64,000 bases of DNA, from NCBI GenBank assembly GCA_963674945.2, contig CAXXWQ010000001.1, forward strand, positions 256,001-320,000, written 5' to 3'. Under the pieces are notes generated by a model. It saw only the letters and a list, made by a program, of their open reading frames with translations, made no database searches and was not told the origin of the DNA. This DNA is from an uncultured Desulfosarcina sp. GTDB taxonomy: Bacteria; Desulfobacterota; Desulfobacteria; Desulfobacterales; Desulfosarcinaceae. Made by a program: the position numbers and the translations under genes. Below, piece after piece: positions 59,335 through 64,000 of this stretch. How positions within the stretch are numbered: the stretch's first letter is position 1; each line of letters starts with the position of its first letter.

Positions 59335-59727
59335 AGTTACCTCCTTACCAATTACCGGTTAATGATTGAGGTTAGATTGTACAGTGGGATGGTGCGTTTT
59401 TCAGGTCAGAGCGCAGATATCCGACCCATAATCAAATTTCTTAGGCCCCCTTTCGGAAAAAATTTTTCTATATATTTTATATCTACAGCGGTAGATAAGA
59501 AGCCATGGTGGGATGCGTGGAGGGTATAGGATGTCGTCACGGCAGATGCGATGTCTGTATTTCATGTTCATGCAACACCTCATCGAGATTGCAATCCTCT
59601 AGCCTGCAGTGTATGACTAAATTTCTGCTTGAAAAACGGCAAGTTGTAGATAGATGACGACTGGACCATTCCGGTCGGGGTCGAGATGGTTTTGTCGCTT
59701 TTCAACGGCGCAAAATCAGGCATATTT

Positions 59728-59755
59728 CTTATATTGTGCGCTGTTTATTTGTCAA
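59728..59755 (-). promoter_or_regulatory. Possible sigma70 promoter for acsD-cooS-acsB-acsC-acsE
   Basis: Minus strand reads TTGACA-N16-TATAAG, about 390 nt upstream of acsD. Confidence 0.45.
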
Positions 59756-59972
59756 TAGATGAGTTCAATAAATCACAATTTTGTACTAAATTCCTTTCAT
59801 AAAAAATATGGGCGCCATGGATCAAAAACCGCCTTTTTGTATAGTTGTCTGTAAACCGGGTGTTTCGTCCCCGGAACCAACCCGAATGATAATGATACGG
59901 CTCTGGCGTGTTTTTGGATATCCAACCGGTAAAACGGATATCCCCCCACGGCGATACATCACATCGTTCACC

Positions 59973-61922
59973 TTACGACCCCTGCCTCCGGGAGTCCAAA
60001 CGCGCTTTCAATCTGGGAAAACGATTCATCTCCGTGTGGGGCAAAAACAGGGCCGCCACATAGCTGTCCATGTACGACGGGGTCTCGGACAGCTCGAAAT
60101 TGGTCATGCTGCGGGTCACCTCCACAACGTCCCGGCGGATGCGATTGGTCAGGCTGCTCATCTTGGCCCCCATCAGGGAGCTGTTGCCGATGAAGGTCAC
60201 CTTGTCCGGATCGATTTCGGGAAGCAGGCCGATCGTCATGGCCTTTTCCAGGTCCACGTAGCTGCCGAAACCGCCGGCCAGAATGATGCGCTCGATATCC
60301 TCCATACCCATCCCCACTTCGGTAAGAAGGGTCATGCATCCGCTGAAAATGGCCCCCTTGGCCCGGATCAGGTTTTCGATATCGATTTCGGTCAAGGCGA
60401 TATCCCGGTCGATCTGGGTTTCGTCTGCCCAGGCCAGCACGTACTCCCACACGCCATTGTCTTCCCGGATACGCTTGGTGGAAAGTTCCCGGTTAAATTT
60501 GCCAAGGTTATCGATCAGGCCCAGTTCGAACATGACGGCGGTCATGATAATGAGCCCCGAACCGCAGATTCCCTTCGGACGGATGTTGCCGATGGTCATG
60601 AGCATGGGTTCCCAGGTGACCGGATCCAGGGAGAAGTCCTCGATGGCACCCCTGGCCGCACGCATGCCGAACTTGATCCCGCCCCCCTCGAAGGCCGGGC
60701 CCGCGCTGCAGGCGGCACATGCCAGCCAGTCCCGGTTGCCGATGACGATCTCCGCATTTGTACCGATGTCCATGAACAGGGTCAGCCGCTCGTCCAGATA
60801 CATTCCCGACCCCATGACGCCGGCCACGATGTCACCCCCCACGTAGCTGGAGACCGCCGGATATACCAGTGCCGTGACGTGTTCGCCCAGCTCCAGCCCC
60901 AGGTCCACCGCCCGAATGGGAGGAAACAGGGTGGATGCCGGCACGTAGGGCGAGCGGCGGATATACCGGGGGTTGATGCGAAGCAAAAGCTGGGTCATGG
61001 TGGTGTTGCCGGCCAGGGTGATGGCAGCGATATCCTCCGTGTCCACCCTGGCGCGGTGGATGATTTTGCCGGTGATGGTGTTGATGGTTTCGGTCACCAC
61101 CTGATGGAGGCGGTCCAGTCCGCCAGCTTTCTCCGCGAAGACGATGCGGCTGATCACGTCCTCGCCGTAGCTGATTTGACCGTTGAACTCGCCGTGTTCG
61201 GAGAGCACCTCACCGCTCTTTAGATCGATGAGCTGGCCATAGATGGTTGTGGTTCCGATGTCCATGGCGATGGCGTAGAGCCGGTCGGTGGTGTCGCCGG
61301 GCTGCACGTTGATGATTTCGTTCTTTCCCGTCTCCATCACCGGACGGGCCAGCGTGGCGGTGACACGAAAACCATCCTTTCGCAAGACGTCGGGAATCTT
61401 GCGGATCACCGGCAGGCTCACCGTCAGTCGTCTTTCACCTTTGTCCAGTTGAAGATGGCTCACCAGCCGGGTAACGTCGGGGAGGTGATCCTGATTGTCC
61501 GGCTCGGGCAGCTCCAGGTAGATCTTTTCCACCGGCGGCAAGAACAGCCCCTGCTCCTTCAACCACTCGAAGTCCATCTGCCGTATGCGGGCCGTACGCC
61601 GTGGGACGGCCGACTGGCGAAGGACGCTGGCGTCAATGGCCGATTCCACCGGAACACGAACGACAACATCCTCGGTGATGGTTGACTTACATGCCAGGCG
61701 AACCCCCTTTTCCCGGTCCGCTTCGCTCACCTGCTCACTCAGTCCTCCCGTCACCCGGCCGCCTTCGATGATTACCCGGCATTTGCCGCATACACCCTCT
61801 CCGCCACACGACGCGTTGATGTGAACGCCGGCCTCCATGGCCGCACGAATCAGGTTCTCGCCGTCTTGGACCGTAACCGTGCGGTTATGAGGGAGAAATG
61901 TGATGGTGTGGGGTAAGGGCAT
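59973..61922 (-). CDS. acsV: ASKHA-type reductive activator of the corrinoid protein (RACo/AcsV) with N-terminal [2Fe-2S]
   Basis: CGGEGVCGKC..LAC; DIGTTT; YGEDVISRI; DIGTNAE; AGPAFEG; LAGGFG. Confidence 0.92.
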   Translation of the reverse strand: MPLPHTITFLPHNRTVTVQDGENLIRAAMEAGVHINASCGGEGVCGKCRVIIEGGRVTGGLSEQVSEADREKGVRLACKSTITEDVVVRVPVESAIDASVLRQSAVPRRTARIRQMDFEWLKEQGLFLPPVEKIYLELPEPDNQDHLPDVTRLVSHLQLDKGERRLTVSLPVIRKIPDVLRKDGFRVTATLARPVMETGKNEIINVQPGDTTDRLYAIAMDIGTTTIYGQLIDLKSGEVLSEHGEFNGQISYGEDVISRIVFAEKAGGLDRLHQVVTETINTITGKIIHRARVDTEDIAAITLAGNTTMTQLLLRINPRYIRRSPYVPASTLFPPIRAVDLGLELGEHVTALVYPAVSSYVGGDIVAGVMGSGMYLDERLTLFMDIGTNAEIVIGNRDWLACAACSAGPAFEGGGIKFGMRAARGAIEDFSLDPVTWEPMLMTIGNIRPKGICGSGLIIMTAVMFELGLIDNLGKFNRELSTKRIREDNGVWEYVLAWADETQIDRDIALTEIDIENLIRAKGAIFSGCMTLLTEVGMGMEDIERIILAGGFGSYVDLEKAMTIGLLPEIDPDKVTFIGNSSLMGAKMSSLTNRIRRDVVEVTRSMTNFELSETPSYMDSYVAALFLPHTEMNRFPRLKARLDSRRQGS

Positions 61923-62481
61923 GATGTAATCCTTCGGTTATCAGAGACGGCGTTTCCGGGGTTTTTCCAAACCCGAGGGGCAAGGATGATGGTTGGCGCT
62001 TTGCGCTGTCTGAGACCCTTAGGCGGTCCCGGGCAAGTGTATTTTCAAAAATAATACCCTTGGAAACGACATTGCATCTGTGAGCGAATGAGCTGCGTTG
62101 ATGTCCGGCATCCTTAGGGGCGAGTTCGCAAGGCGTCATATATCATTCTGTTCCCGGTAACAAGAATCCAGAAATTTGAATCATTAAGGTCACTGGTTTG
62201 CTTGTACCGGGGACCCTGCTCGTCATTCAACTGAGCGAATATTCATAACCGGTTGTGGATTTTTAATCAAGTAAAAGTGGCGAAAATACCGTGGCAGCTC
62301 ATTTTTTCAAAATCAATTCAATTTTTTACAATACGGTCAACGTGTTGACAATACCGACGATGTGCTATAAAAATTGATACATCCATTGTGAACCATGGTT
62401 TGCAAAAACCGAGCATTCAGAAACTGAATTCGGTTTTACAACCGGCCTTTCCATGCAGTCCAAACCATCCGGACGGTGTTC

Positions 62482-63015
62482 ATGAATACAATCCTTCGGT
62501 TTTTTTGCGATACCATCGATCGAATCAACGAAGCGGTGGGGAAAATGGTGTCATGGGTAACCTTGCTGCTCGTAACAGTGGTATTCGTCGATGTGGTCAT
62601 GCGGTACCTGTTCAAGACCAGCTTCGTGTTTACACAGGAGTTGGAGTGGCACCTGTTCGCCTTTATCTTCCTGATCGGTGCCGGCTACACCTTGCTGCAT
62701 GACGGCCATGTGCGGGTGGACATCATCTACCAGCGCCTTTCCACCAGGGGCCGGGCATGGGTGAATTTGATCGGCGTCATCTTCTTTTTGATTCCCGGGT
62801 GCTATCTGGTTATCGTAACCTCTTGGAAGTTCGTAGGCAACTCTTTTTCCATGATGGAGGGATCGCCGGATCCGGGAGGCATTCCCTATCGGTTCATCGT
62901 CAAGGGGACCATGACCGTCGGGTATGTTCTGTTATTGTTACAGGGACTTTCCTTGGGCATCCACGCCCTCTTACAGATCATCGGTGTCGAATCGGAAGAG
63001 GAGAAAAAAGCCTGA
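62482..63015 (+). CDS. dctQ: TRAP transporter small permease (DctQ)
   Basis: 4 TM segments; VVMRY, QELEWHLF and HVRVD. Confidence 0.9.
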   Translation: MNTILRFFCDTIDRINEAVGKMVSWVTLLLVTVVFVDVVMRYLFKTSFVFTQELEWHLFAFIFLIGAGYTLLHDGHVRVDIIYQRLSTRGRAWVNLIGVIFFLIPGCYLVIVTSWKFVGNSFSMMEGSPDPGGIPYRFIVKGTMTVGYVLLLLQGLSLGIHALLQIIGVESEEEKKA

Positions 63016-64000
63016 TGGAGTACTTGCCCGGTTGGATGTTTCTGGCCCTGACGATCTTGCTGATGGCCGGTTTCCCAGTTACCTTCACCCTCATGGGAAC
63101 CGCTCTTTGCTTTGGCCTCATCGGCTTCGGGTGGTCCTTTTTCAATCTGCTGCCCCTTCGGATATGGGGGGTGATGACCAACGTCACCCTCATTGCCGTT
63201 CCGTTGTTCGTCTTCATGGGCGTTATGCTGGAGCGTTCCGGTCTTGCCGAGGACCTGCTGGACACCATGGGACTGTTGTTCGGACGTCTGCGCGGCGGCA
63301 TTGCCATTTCGGTCGTGGTCGTGGGTGCCCTTCTGGGCGCTTCCACCGGGATCGTAGGGGCAACGGTGGTGACCATGGGGCTTCTGGCCGTTCCCACCAT
63401 GCTTCGTCGCGGCTACCAGAAGGAATTGGCCACCGGTACCGTCTCGGCTTCCGGCACATTGGGCCAAATCATTCCGCCGAGCATCGTGTTGGTGCTGATC
63501 GGCGACATCGTCGGTGTCTCCGTGGGGGATCTGTTCATGGGGGCCGTCTTGCCGGGATTCTTGCTGGTGGGACTGTTCATCCTCTACATCATCATCATCT
63601 CCCTTATTCGCCCAAAATGGGCACCGGCGATCCCCCGAGGGGAACTGGCCGCCATTTCTCCCCGCCAGTTGGCGGTTCGCGTGGGAAAGGCACTGGTTCC
63701 TCCGCTTTTTCTCATGGTAGCCGTGCTGGGATCCATCTTCGCCGGTATCGCCTCACCCACCGAAGCGGCTGCCGTGGGTGCCGTTGGGGCAACGGCACTG
63801 ACCGTCGTCAACAAAAAATTCTCCATGAAAATTCTCCACGAGGTGATGGAGACCACCGTTCGTCTCACCTGTATGGTCTTCATCATCCTGTGCGGCGCCG
63901 CCTCTTTTGGATTGGTGTTCAGAGGACTGGGCGGCGATGGGATGGTGCGGCATTTTCTGTGGTGGATTGCCCATACCTACAGCCATAACATGGTCCTGGC
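63015..64000 (+). CDS. dctM: TRAP transporter large permease (DctM), partial
   Basis: TGATG overlap. Manual translation gives MEYLPGWMF...GFPVTFTL...LIAVPLFVFMG...GTLGQIIPPSIV...ASPTEAAAVG. Confidence 0.9.
   Translation, partial: MEYLPGWMFLALTILLMAGFPVTFTLMGTALCFGLIGFGWSFFNLLPLRIWGVMTNVTLIAVPLFVFMGVMLERSGLAEDLLDTMGLLFGRLRGGIAISVVVVGALLGASTGIVGATVVTMGLLAVPTMLRRGYQKELATGTVSASGTLGQIIPPSIVLVLIGDIVGVSVGDLFMGAVLPGFLLVGLFILYIIIISLIRPKWAPAIPRGELAAISPRQLAVRVGKALVPPLFLMVAVLGSIFAGIASPTEAAAVGAVGATALTVVNKKFSMKILHEVMETTVRLTCMVFIILCGAASFGLVFRGLGGDGMVRHFLWWIAHTYSHNMVL

Noticed and set aside
51089..61223. Very long plus-strand ORFs (e.g. 51889..53304, 53455..55626, 55607..57772, 57925..59529)
   Set aside because: They are antisense shadows of the acs genes, explained by codon bias that avoids TTA/CTA/TCA. 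They have no recognisable motifs.
61923..62340. ZTP (pfl), THF or cobalamin riboswitch upstream of acsV
   Set aside because: Some hairpins are present, but I could not find the conserved cores of these families on the coding strand.

Overview
64 kb of core chromosome from an anaerobic deltaproteobacterium, most likely a Desulfosarcina/Desulfobacterales-type sulfate reducer (inferred from gene content). Left to right: an ADP-forming acyl-CoA ligase (partial), class I fumarase and an acyltransferase; a sigma54 promoter plus c-di-GMP-I riboswitch ahead of a 1141-aa secreted repeat protein; an LRR protein; a sigma54-driven YeeE-TusA-DsrEFH-like sulfur relay operon; an acyl-CoA synthetase, a hydantoinase, tRNA-Val(CAC) and cysQ; a class III cyclase with non-adenylyl specificity residues; a sigma28-driven Cache protein + MCP pair; hutH; a DHH-like/CPBP fusion; a minus-strand run of priA, a DUF1573 protein with an in-frame UGA (probable selenocysteine), a HAD hydrolase and a SidJ-related pseudokinase; upp, an MFS transporter, PduO, an FNR-like protein, cooT and a rhodanese; a sigma54-driven TauE operon with its own two-component system; an Fe-S/flavin cluster lacking a catalytic subunit; the Wood-Ljungdahl carbonyl-branch cluster (acsV, acsD, cooS, acsB, acsC, acsE); and a TRAP transporter (partial). 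Several copies of related REP/MITE-like intergenic elements are present. No CRISPR array, integrase, transposase or prophage was seen. All family assignments come from motif recognition by eye; no database search was run.
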